From assembly GCA_003568945.1 (NCBI GenBank), contig BDIP01000049.1, positions 1-36,318 of the forward strand: DNA of 36,318 bases. Reading direction: 5' to 3'. The notes under the pieces were generated by a model, which was not told the origin of the DNA, ran no database searches, and worked only from the letters and a program-made list of their open reading frames with translations. This document shows positions 1-10,516 of the stretch, piece after piece. The position numbers were made by a program, and so were the translations under genes. How positions within the stretch are numbered: the first letter of the stretch is position 1; every line of letters starts with the position of its first letter. Source of the DNA: Kipferlia bialata (lineage: Eukaryota).

Positions 1-428
1 AAAGGGGAAAAGGGGAACGAAAAGGGGAAGGGGTTCCCATCCTTACCATGCCTGCATATTGTGTACTAAGATGTATCAGACAATGTACCTCTGAGTCGGA
101 TGCTACGACAATAGTCTATTGTGCTCAAAATGTCCATGATACAACATATATAGGGTGTATCACTCTTAGCACTGCTTTTACTTCGGCAACACTTACTAGA
201 ATACACAGTGAACTACTATCAGTTAAGAAATGTGGTTTTGACCAGTTTACCTTGGGACTCTTGTTAGTCCTACTTTAGACTTCAGAATGATAAGAAGGTC
301 CACATGCAGTAATGCATTAATAGAGTTTCTGTCATATCAAATTGATATTATCAATGACTCATTTGTGCTGAGGAAGATTGCTATTATGGTATTGCATGAT
401 GTACTTCTCTATTCCTCTCATGCAACCG

Positions 429-1448
429 CTAGTGTATTACGTCCCTGCCCTCTCCCCACCTTAGTGCCCAGTGTGGGTATACATTGGCTGGATCAATCTC
501 ATAGAGGACAGTGTAGTGTTTGGTTGAGGACGTGCCGCATAAGACATTAGAGGGTGTGAATACTCCCCAATAGTGGAACACATGTGGCTTGTAGGATGCA
601 CCCCAGTCAATCCACTCACCAGATATTGTATCGAATGCCAGAACATGGTGACCCCTAAAAGTATCACTCCCTGTCGCTGGAAAGACTAGGTAAGATCCAG
701 CTGTACAAAACCTATAACTACTCACGACCCAGTGGCCTGCAGGTTGTGGCTCCCCTAACGCTCGCCATCCTACAGACAAGTCAAAGGACCATATCTTCCG
801 TTGATCGTCGTCATGGTTGTATACAAGAGCATATACATACCCGCCACACGTTTCAACGCAGCTAAAGCTGTAAGTGGATTGTATGTATCCCTTGTCAATC
901 CACCGTCGATCTTCTGGCGAGAACACAAGTGTTTGTGTTTGTGCTCCCCCAGACTCTCCCGGTACGCGCTGCACAATCACCACATGATGGTGTAGCCCGA
1001 ACATGAACTCTATCTGAGGGCACGCAGAGATGAGATGAGAGTTAAGTGATCGGTACTCAGTGTGTCCAGCTGGTTGTGGAAGCTGAAAGACAGTATACGT
1101 GTCCAGTGGAACTGCGTGGACGGAATAGGTGACATTGTGTACGTTCGGCATGTTTTTCACTACATAGTACAGTACTCCGTCCACCACACAGTGTCTAATA
1201 CGTGAACCAAAAGAGACACACTTCATGGGGGTATAAGACCCCAATGATACCCTTTCACAGACAATTCCCTCTGTGTCCTCCGTGTCGACGTTGACAAGTG
1301 TCAGACTGTCAAAGAAGTGAGGGTATCTCATGCATATGAGCTGGTTGGGTGCTGGACCTGGGACCCCTTCTGGTATCATTGAATCATTCAATGAATGATC
1401 CTTGTCAGGTGACAGCAGAATAGGGTTGGTTGAGTAAGCCCCTTTCAT
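429..1448 (-). CDS. Single-exon kelch-like/beta-propeller protein (339 aa)
   Basis: Long uninterrupted ORF with repeated blade-like motifs (DGVLYYV, FSPEDRRWID, GGYVYAL..WSFDLSVGWR, GSYLVF..AFDTISGEW). An in-frame stop lies a few codons upstream of the ATG. The family call is by motif resemblance only. Confidence 0.6.
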   Translation of the reverse strand: MKGAYSTNPILLSPDKDHSLNDSMIPEGVPGPAPNQLICMRYPHFFDSLTLVNVDTEDTEGIVCERVSLGSYTPMKCVSFGSRIRHCVVDGVLYYVVKNMPNVHNVTYSVHAVPLDTYTVFQLPQPAGHTEYRSLNSHLISACPQIEFMFGLHHHVVIVQRVPGESGGAQTQTLVFSPEDRRWIDKGYIQSTYSFSCVETCGGYVYALVYNHDDDQRKIWSFDLSVGWRALGEPQPAGHWVVSSYRFCTAGSYLVFPATGSDTFRGHHVLAFDTISGEWIDWGASYKPHVFHYWGVFTPSNVLCGTSSTKHYTVLYEIDPANVYPHWALRWGEGRDVIH

Positions 1449-2012
1449 GTGTTTAGCTGCTTTGTTGTCTTAGCTCTTGTAGAACGGCGAAAGGTTCGCA
1501 GCTACCCATATGTGTGAAGCCTTCACTGAAGGTAGATATACCCTCAGTGCTCTAGATATATACTGTTGAGTGAATGTGTCTTTCGCAAATGATACCCTCT
1601 GGTGGTGTCGGAGGTCGGATTCATAAGACCTGACGGCGATATGGTGACAGAGTGTTACAGAACGGCTGCTTAACATAACAGGTCCTCCCAATTTGGCCCT
1701 TTTGACACTGGAGAGAGGGATGAGTTCCATTTCTCCCCCAACCAAAGCAGGAGTGTACATGAAGGGAATATGGAAGTACCGACTGGTTACTACCTAGCCT
1801 AGTAAGTACCAATACCATATTGAATATCTCACTTAACCTCTCACTGAAGTATTCGTGAGTCCAGAACAGTTAGACTAAGAATCAAAGTCACTAGACAGCT
1901 ATGCTTACGACCTGTCAATTCAATAGTATAATAATGCTAGAGTAACATTGCTAGACACTATTCATTCAATAATGCTACGAATGTAACACATATACACCAT
2001 ATACATAGCAGT

Positions 2013-5000
2013 CTATTCACTTATGCTACCAAAGTCAATGCTGCTGTCCTCAGAGTGCTCACGGTACCCAATTACCTGGGTGAGTACAGTATGGTAATAC
2101 AACCAAAACACCGTGACAGAAGGAACTTGCATACTCCTACAATACTCCGTATGTACCTTGGCGGAGACTGCTGGTATCAGTATCAGTATCAGTATATATA
2201 GTGATATACATATAATGATATATCTATAATTTATAAAATGTATACCTTGGCTGGGACTGCTGGTATGGATGAGGCATAGTGCTTCTGGAGGGCAGTGACA
2301 CAAGTCTGGACACGCTTGGTGATCTTGCTACCCTGTCATAAGAGCGGTTCGCCAGTGTATACAGACAGAAAAATACAGATATACATTTCCAATGGCATAC
2401 ACACATATGTGTATATATACATATTTACCTGTAGTGCAAATGTAGGTGCCCTCAGGATTCTACTATCCAGGTAGATCTTTGCACATCGCTCCAGGTCACC
2501 CTGTATCCTAAAAGTAAGATAAAGTCTCCCCCCGAACAACAGCGTCTTGCAGAATGGATAGGTTGGAAGGGATAGTTACAATGATACTAGGCCCAGTAAC
2601 ATTCGCACCTCCCAGCGTCCAGGCCACTCTCACTCAGTAGGTCAGCGGCGAGTCTGATCTGACCGATGGACAGGGCGGGGGGCTAGGGTATCAGATGCTT
2701 CAATAGGTGATTCAGTAACTATCAATAATCTCTACACTACCCTACATTGTGCAGGAGTGATACATATATACAGGCATACCCTTGGCGGACATGGGAGGGT
2801 GGGGCACTTGACACCCTGTGGGGCACAGAGGGCACCAGCAGCCTCAGGGTTGACAGAAGATAGACCTGTGTGAGACACAGAAATATACAACTTGATACAC
2901 ATATTAACATACTATGTCCAGGCGAGCCGACACCCAGGTATGGGTAAGAGTAGAAGTGACATCATTACCTGCGATGCAGTGCTTGAGAAGGTGAACTGGT
3001 GGTTCACTGGCCTTGGCCTCCTGCTTGAATCTATGCGTCAGTACTTGGAGAACGTATGTGATATAGTACAAATACTAAAGAATGCGCAATTCCTTTGTAA
3101 AAGTATATACTCCACCTGCTCTTTCTCTTTCTGGGCTTGTTCTTCTCCCTGGATGCCTCTCTCTCCTTGGCAGACACCCACCTCTGCAGACCCTGGGTGA
3201 GAAATGAAGAACAAGAGATAATAGACGTGCCCCCACTAGAAAGACAAAGGAAAGAACATGTGCCCCAATATCAATATCTTTGGAACTATGAAAATAGTGA
3301 TTGAAAGAGTATTGGACATATACCCTTCCACCCACCTCCAAGACCTGGGTGGCCACTGCAGTACTATGTTCCTGCCCCTGTGCCTTGGGAGTAGGGGGTA
3401 GGGCAGTGAGGTAGGGGGTGAGTAACTCTAGAGCAGCGACAGGTCCAATGGATGGGATGCCTGGGTGTGAGGCAAAGTACATATCAAAGTCTAAAGTGTT
3501 TAGTATTAGTACATTTACACATAATGTATCATAATACATACCGACTGAGTAGTCACATCCACTGATGGCAGCAATCAGGGACAGGACCTGACAGTGAGCA
3601 AAGACATGCATTGAATGCCTATAAAGGACACTACTTTCATCATATATATACATACCTCAGGTGTGAGCCCCACACTCTTGAGGTCCTGGCTGACATAGCA
3701 GTCTGGCTCTGACCATCTCACAACAACATCTGGAGTAAGTGCGTATGTGGTAGAGTAGAAACAATATGATTACACACTATTGATAATAGTATTTGGTGAA
3801 TTCTGCTCAGTGCCCACCTCCCCCCATGACCACTGCGTCTGCATCATCAGTGAGCACAGCATCGGCCTGGGGGTGGAAATACACAAGTGGAACATGCGAG
3901 TATATAAACAATGTATATAGTACGGAAAGAGAACAATGAAATGGCGCTTCTGGAACATATATACTGAGGAATGGTGACCGCACCTGCTTGGAGTTGATGA
4001 GGCGCACACAGCAGGTCTCAGCCTCCTCTCCTGCGGTCAGAGAAGTAGTAACACTGGTAGAAGAACAGTCAACTAATTCGAACGTAAGAGAGTGATCCTG
4101 GCAAGCATATACTATGGAAATGGACAAGATATCTTTGAGAGACAGAGATGAACAATTATATATTATGCACCCACCCTGGTCGCTGACTATCACTGGGATA
4201 CCCAAGGGACGCAGGGCCTGGAGGTCAGAGTGACAGATACACGGAAAGAGGGTTGATACCAGGGCAATGCTATATGTGCTGCTAACCTCAGTAAGGCTTG
4301 CCACTAGAACCTCGTGGGGTATCCGGTGCTGGAGTGTCTCACCCTTGAGCTTGGACATGTCCTGGAGGGAGAAGGACAGATATACAAGACGGATACCTAT
4401 CCACAAAGTGAGGCGAGGAATTGCAATGAAAATCGTATGGCACAACTACAATGGTCTATTCAGTAAGAGAGGGAAGCCACTCTTTGACATACCTTTGGCA
4501 CTGGCACTGATACCTCCCTCTTGCCCTCCCCCTCTGTCTGTCTCTGTCTGTCACGCATGTGCTGGTCAAGGATATCACCAGGCTGAGGAGCCTGGCAGTG
4601 AGTCAGAGTATACAGGAGGAGAATAGTATTTCGTCACCACACGATATTTTTATAGTAGACATAGTAGAGACTAGTACACATACCTCCTTGCCGTGTTCCT
4701 CTGATATTTCATCAATGGATGACGGTGTGTCAGAGATGCAGAATGGTGTCTCCACCTCTTCCACTTCCACTTGCTGTTCTTGTTCCACCTCAACCACCAA
4801 CCCACCAGTATCATCAGCGGGGAGAGCACCCTCCCAGATATCCTCTCCCTCTACCCCTGTGGCACCTGCATTGTTGCCTTGATCCACTCCCTTCTGACCC
4901 TCCTCTACATCTGAGTCCACGTCAAAGAGGTCATCTGAGGTGGAGTCCTCAGTCAATACAATCTGGGGCTTGGGTTGGGGTGTCCGTGGCCTCTCAGGAG

Positions 5001-8000
5001 CAGCGACACTCAGGTCGGTGGGGACACTGCCAACAATGGTGAAACCAGTCAAGGAACCATCTCCGTCAATCTCCATCGATTGCTTCTCTCTATCCGCCTC
5101 GACCATGTCAACATCACCAACCGTAATGTCTGCTTGAATATCTAACATCTGGGGTGTTGTTGGCCTCTGCACCGCATCCAAGTCATGAGTATGCACTTCG
5201 TCTCTTGGTCTCTCTGACACATCCAGAGGTTCAATCGCAACTCCAGACTGAACACTGGCTGCTATCGGATGTTCCTGGTGTTTAGAACAATAAAGCTAGG
5301 TACAATTCATTAATCAACATAAATACCTAGGTATTGTAACATACAAGATATTCACACCACACACCTCGTCGTCACTCCACATTGTATATATATATACGAA
5401 TATATATTGATGATACTACCCACCTCGTCCTCACTGAACGACAGCATGTCAGAGGCATGGGAGTGTGCGGGGGACCCGCCCAACCCAACCACCAACGCGT
5501 TCAGTGACATGTCGCTGCTGGACTTGTCACCACCTACTCCCTTGCCCTTCCCACCGTGTTTGAATGAGTCCCAGTCTGTAAAGTGCGCTGCAAAGGGGAG
5601 GAGGGGATCAGCAAACACGTCCCAGCGCTTCTTGACCTAGAGTGTCAATGTACATTATTAAAAGAGAAAGAAACACTACCTAATATTCAAGGGAATATTA
5701 GAGCGCAAAGATAGATGTATATACATACCTCAGCAGCTGTCTCTCTCTCTCTCTTCTCTGCAACGTCCAATGCAGACTGTGCAAAGGGTAGGGGAACAGG
5801 CTCTGGTTCAACTACATCACACACTGAGAAATCAGCACCCTCTGACACACGGACACTCTCTCTCTCCCTCTCAGCAGCAATGGGTACTACACGATGCATG
5901 ATTCCCAGAGTAGGAGAGAAGGGCTTGGGGAAGGGAGACATGGAGAGAGAGGGAGACATGGGGGATGGAGACCCGTCTAGGTCCAACCCATCCTCGTTCT
6001 TGACAGTGGAACCAGGGTCTACCAGAGAGAAAGGGGGGCAGCTCAAAGAGGAGAGGGTGCGGTAGTGCTGGTCTGGCAGAATGTACACTGGGGGTTAGAG
6101 ACAGATTCACATACTCCATCTGACGAAGCGGTATACACCATATACTCCTGGCTTGCCACTAGGCATCAGTGTGTATCAATACCTGTCTTGCCACTGACCA
6201 CCAGTGGATGCACCATATCCCTGTACCAGTCAGGCATGGCAGAGGTGTCTCCTACCACACCACCCATGGAGGTGACAGGAGTGGGCTGATCTCTCTCGGT
6301 AGAGGGAGGGGGCACTACGGGGAGCATGTCCTCCTCCTCCCAACCATCGCTGAGGTAAGAAGTACATATGATAGCCTATATATTCACTGCAATGAGTACA
6401 ATTACGGGAAGCATGTCCTCCCAACCATCGTTTAGGTGAGATAGTAAGTACATTGACCAATGTATCGGAAACTGGCCATAAATATGTGATTGGGGTATGT
6501 CCTCCTCAGAATTGCTGGTGAAAGGATAACAGAAGTCGTTCAGTGGAGCCTATACCTAATCTCCGCCCCTCCCTCCATGATGCCCATCCCTGCCCCTGCC
6601 TCGGCTGTCCTCTTCCTGCGGTGGGGGGTACTAATGTATACTAATACATACTATCTAGGAACTAATATATATACTAATACATACTATCGAATATATACAT
6701 ATAGGGTGTATATTCATATTGATACGCCGGCCTCGGCTGTCCTCTTCCTGGGGTGAGGGGTACTAATATGTACATTCACACATACATATATATATATGAT
6801 TCAATACATATACCCTAGGGTGAGGCGTACTGTAAGCTACACAGAAGGTATGCATGCATCCAACAGCATTATCAGGACAACAACTCTGTATAAATTGACA
6901 TAGTTTTCCCATAATTACAGTGATACATACACGAGCGTATACCTAGCCAGTATGTTCTCTGATATTGCCTCCACCAGCATAGATGCCCTTTGCCAAATGA
7001 ATATACATCACTTCAATATCATCATAGAGGCCATATACAACATGCATTGATATACCTTGCTAATATGTTCTCTGATATTGCCTCCACCAGCATCGATGCC
7101 CTCTGTCTCTGTCTTTGAACAAGGGCACGCTGCATCTGGGTCTGGGGGTAAGAAAGAAACATCGTTCACACCATACATACATATATATACTATATATGTA
7201 TATATATATATTACTGTACTTGTATCTCTGTCTCTGCACAAGGGCACGCTGCATCTGGCTCTGGGGTTAGAGAGGGATGCAATATTCTCATATACTGTAT
7301 ATACATATATATTATCATACATATTCATATATCTATACTACTGACGCTGCACAAGGGCACACTGCATCTGGTATTGCAAGTAAGAATCATCCTTACACAT
7401 CATATATACACACACATATATATAGGTGTACCACAGTAAGACTATTGATAGGATACTATGGTGTAACTACAAGTACAGAGTAAGTATACATACAGGCATT
7501 ATGTACAGTACCTGCTTCTTGAGTGGGTGTGCCACTGGGTTGTCGAGCACTATGATGGGGGCCATACCAAGAGCTAGACACCTACATATGAGTAGATATA
7601 GATACACAATTGAAATTATGTACATATACTATATTCATACACAATGACTATGATGGGGGCCATACCCAGAGACCTATAGGTAAGAAGGTATGACATACTC
7701 ATACACACACATATATATCATTATATCCTTGATACACCTTGATTGACAGTCTCTGACTCTCCTACATATATACACAAACAATATACCTTGTGATGTCTCT
7801 GAATACACGTATATATATACTCATTCATACATACACACATACGCCTATACCTTGTGATGACTCTGAATGCACACAGAAGATGGGGGGCAGGGCCCTCACT
7901 GATACCCGGGGTTATCATGTACCTAGGGTAAATAGAAAGAGAGAGAGAGAAAAATATACTGAGGGTAGTGAAGAGAGAAATGATATTTGACAAGTACTTC

Positions 8001-8150
8001 TGAGTCCACAGCCACTGTCTCTTTCCACACTATGTATTCACATATACTACATTTTTGAGGGAGAGTGTGTGTATGTACCTCACTAGCACCCCTGAGAAGT
8101 CCACGGCCACTGTCCTTCCACCCAAAGTGACAGCATCACACGGCCTGGCC
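2013..8150 (-). CDS. ERCC5: XPG/Rad2 (ERCC5-like) structure-specific endonuclease, multi-exon, first exon missing
   Basis: Spliced exons give the N-domain (ARPCDAVTLGGRTVAVDFSG ~8078-8150; PHLLCAFRVITR ~7850-7920; CLALGMAPIIVLDNPVAHPLKKQ ~7511-7581; TQMQRALVQRQRQR ~7056-7142). A long acidic/low-complexity spacer follows (~4500-6620). The I-domain reads LRPLGIPVIVSDQG/EEAETCC (~3985-4220), ADAVLTDDADAVVMG (~3820-3865), ISGCDYS/GIPSIGPVAALELL (H3TH, ~3420-3590). The C-terminal exons include SKITKRV and the stop is at 2013. All expected acidic catalytic positions appear present. The long N-I spacer favours XPG over FEN1/EXO1/GEN1. Confidence 0.8.
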
Positions 8151-8185
8151 CTGAGGGTTAGAGAGAGAGGGGAGAGAGAGAGAGT

Positions 8186-8216
8186 GGGGGGGGGGGGGGG
8201 GAATGAGAAAAAGAAA

Positions 8217-8248
<32 letters not shown>
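8186..8248. repeat. Poly-G tract preceded by (GA)n, at the kinesin/XPG boundary
   Basis: Two long G runs separated by a short A-rich spacer, seen directly. Confidence 0.9.
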
Positions 8249-8249
<1 letters not shown>

Positions 8250-8307
8250 TATGAGGTATTCTACACACATCCAGCAAGGGAGCAGTATCATAATCACACT
8301 ACACTAC

Positions 8308-9613
8308 CTTCTCCCAGTGACCCAAACACATCCAGGGCCTTCCTCTCTGCCCTGATGCCCCTGAGTGTAAGAGGGGGGGGGGGTATAGAATGCAGATGAT
8401 AATATATACTGATGATATACACACTGTCTCTACTCTCTGCCCTGATGCCCCTGAGATTAGAGAGATAAATAGAGGAGATATATAATGCAGGAAGAGTACT
8501 ATGAGTAGGAGAGTGATGTCCTGTGAGGTATCTAGACTGTGTCTACTCACTTTGGGAGGTCTGAGAGCAGGTCGTACACCCTCCCGTTGTACATCTCGTA
8601 CACACTCATCCTCACCACCCTCTTCTGTCCCTTGCCCTCCCTGCTCACCCTGTCCCCTCCCCTCCCCTTGGCCGTGGGTGTCATGGAGGGGGTCGAGGGG
8701 AGAGAGGGCGACTCCTCCCCTGTCCACCTCACCTCCTGGAAGATGTGTCTAAGCAGCCTGGGGAGGATGCCCCTCTTGTCATCGCTGCCCTGGATGGTGT
8801 ATGTCTTGCCAGAGCCTGCGGTTAGCTTATAGATAGGTGGGTATACATAGAGGTGAGGGGAAAGGAGCAGCAGAGGACAGTGAGGGACACTGGAGGACAA
8901 TGGTTACTAATTAGGAGGTTCAAGAGGAAGACAGAGAGAGCGCCATGGTAACTTAGCACACACATATCGCCACAATACCGAACTCAGACATATAATCCTC
9001 AGAGAGGGAGGGGAGGGGTCATTACATCCACATATATGTAAGCCCTCTCACCTGTGATTCCGTATGCCATGACTGCCATGGACACTCCTGGGGTGAGATA
9101 CACATGGACCATATACACAGAATAATACAGTAGGGCGATGTGATACCCATACATAGCCTAGAAATAGTGCCAGGATTGAGTGTAGGTCAATCCAATCAGA
9201 AGACAGTAGCAGTGCTATCTCTATGCACACACAATCACACACAACACCCACCTTGGCAGAGCAGACCTGTCTCTGTGTCTAGTGCTGCATACGCCTCGTC
9301 CTGGGTGGTGGTGGGGGGGAGCACAGTGCTGAACTTGTAGGGGTCTATCTGGCCCTGGGGTCTGTCCAGCTTCTCCGGCTCTGTGATGGTCACTGTGTTG
9401 CCAGAGTGGGACAGCACATTGACCTGCCCTGGCTGCAGCTCACCAGGGAGGAAGGGCCTGGGTAAGGGCAAATGGAGGAGGGACAAAAGAATTGGGATTT
9501 AGCACTACTCACAAATGCAATCATTACAAGACAACAGAGCATACACACCTAATCCGGCATATGATCTTGAGAGGTGTGCCCTTTGCCTGGGCACGAGCCA
9601 GGTGAGATACCAT
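8308..9613 (-). CDS. Kinesin motor domain, N-terminal half only
   Basis: Exons splice in frame: MVSHLARAQAKGTPLKIICRIR/PFLPGE...YKFSTVLPPTTTQDEAY.../GVSMAVMAYGITG/SGKTYTIQGSDDKRGILPR...VRMSVYEMYNGRVYDLL/GIRAERKALDVFGSLGE. This includes the P-loop (GITGSGKT) and the EIYNE-like/DLL motif. No switch I (SSRSH) or switch II (DLAGSE) was found downstream. Confidence 0.8.
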
Positions 9614-9889
9614 GTCTCGCTCCTCACGGTCCACTACAACTACGTATAAGGACTGAGAGAAGTGAGTCTCAAATCCACCCCATCCCTTTGGTGGAAAAAG
9701 GGTTGTTGTATTATTATGCAGCTGGCAAAGTGAAAGTTATGAGTCATAACTTGTTATGACTATCAACTCGTTAGATCTACAACTAGGTTTAACAACTCGT
9801 TACAACTAGGCCAGTCTGATAAGCTAAAGTCCACCATTGGTAGTGTGACTTCCTTCCATAAAGTTCATAATAACCTTTTTAAGTGTAGT

Positions 9890-10290
9890 TACTATGTGTC
9901 CTTTTGATTCACTCTCAGGACATCTGGTGTGACTCCACGTTGGTCAGAAGTGGCATCCTTGACGTTCTTGACTTCTTGCGATACCTCTGGTGCTTGTATG
10001 GCTTTTGTGCTTGAACCCTACTTCTGAGGGAGGTACTCAGATTAGGTTAGGAGAATAACCCTGAATACGTTCACCTGGATGTCAGTGGATATGTTAGGTA
10101 CGTCGATGGAGTAACAGAGATTGCAGTAGGTGTCTGCCACAGTGTGTGTGATGCGTGCTATGCTGTCTCTGTTTCTCTTCACTCTCTGCCTCATCCCTAA
10201 GGTTGGAATACTCGAGCTCTGGGTGCCACACCCTCAGAAGACTACCAGTGGCTGAGAACTTGATACCCTGACTCTGTCAAAAGAACCGTC
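9890..10290 (-). CDS. Possible small spliced gene or gene remnant
   Basis: Open, coding-like segments (SQGIKFSATGSLLRVWHPELEYSNLRDEAESEEKQR; TKAIQAPEVSQEVKNVKDATSDQRGVTPDVLRVNQKDT*) with plausible acceptors such as ctgacatccag. No recognisable family and no clear start. Confidence 0.25.
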
Positions 10291-10516
10291 AGGTAGGGGG
10301 TATCTAATCCCCCACTCTATACTATTTGGGTCCTGCCTATATCTGCTCTGCCGCCTGCTCGCACCCAAAATATATCTTGAATCCGGGTCTTACGACATCG
10401 TCCACACAAACTATACCTGCCTATATCTACCTATATGATATATGCCGTATCCACAGTTCATGTACATCAGTGAAACCAAACACTTCACAATTTATGACTC
10501 GACACACCCACCAACC

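Noticed and set aside
1470..1818. Short ORFs upstream of the kelch-like gene
   Set aside because: No recognisable motifs and no supported splice link to the downstream ORF.
7120..7371. Three ~20-nt repeats with spacers resembling a CRISPR array
   Set aside because: The context is eukaryotic, the spacers are ~100-nt microsatellite-like sequence, the repeat derives from a coding exon, and there are no cas genes.
8150..9613. Genuine kinesin-XPG fusion protein
   Set aside because: The splice phases are incompatible (1 vs 2) and the motor domain is incomplete. It is kept only as a discontinuity finding.
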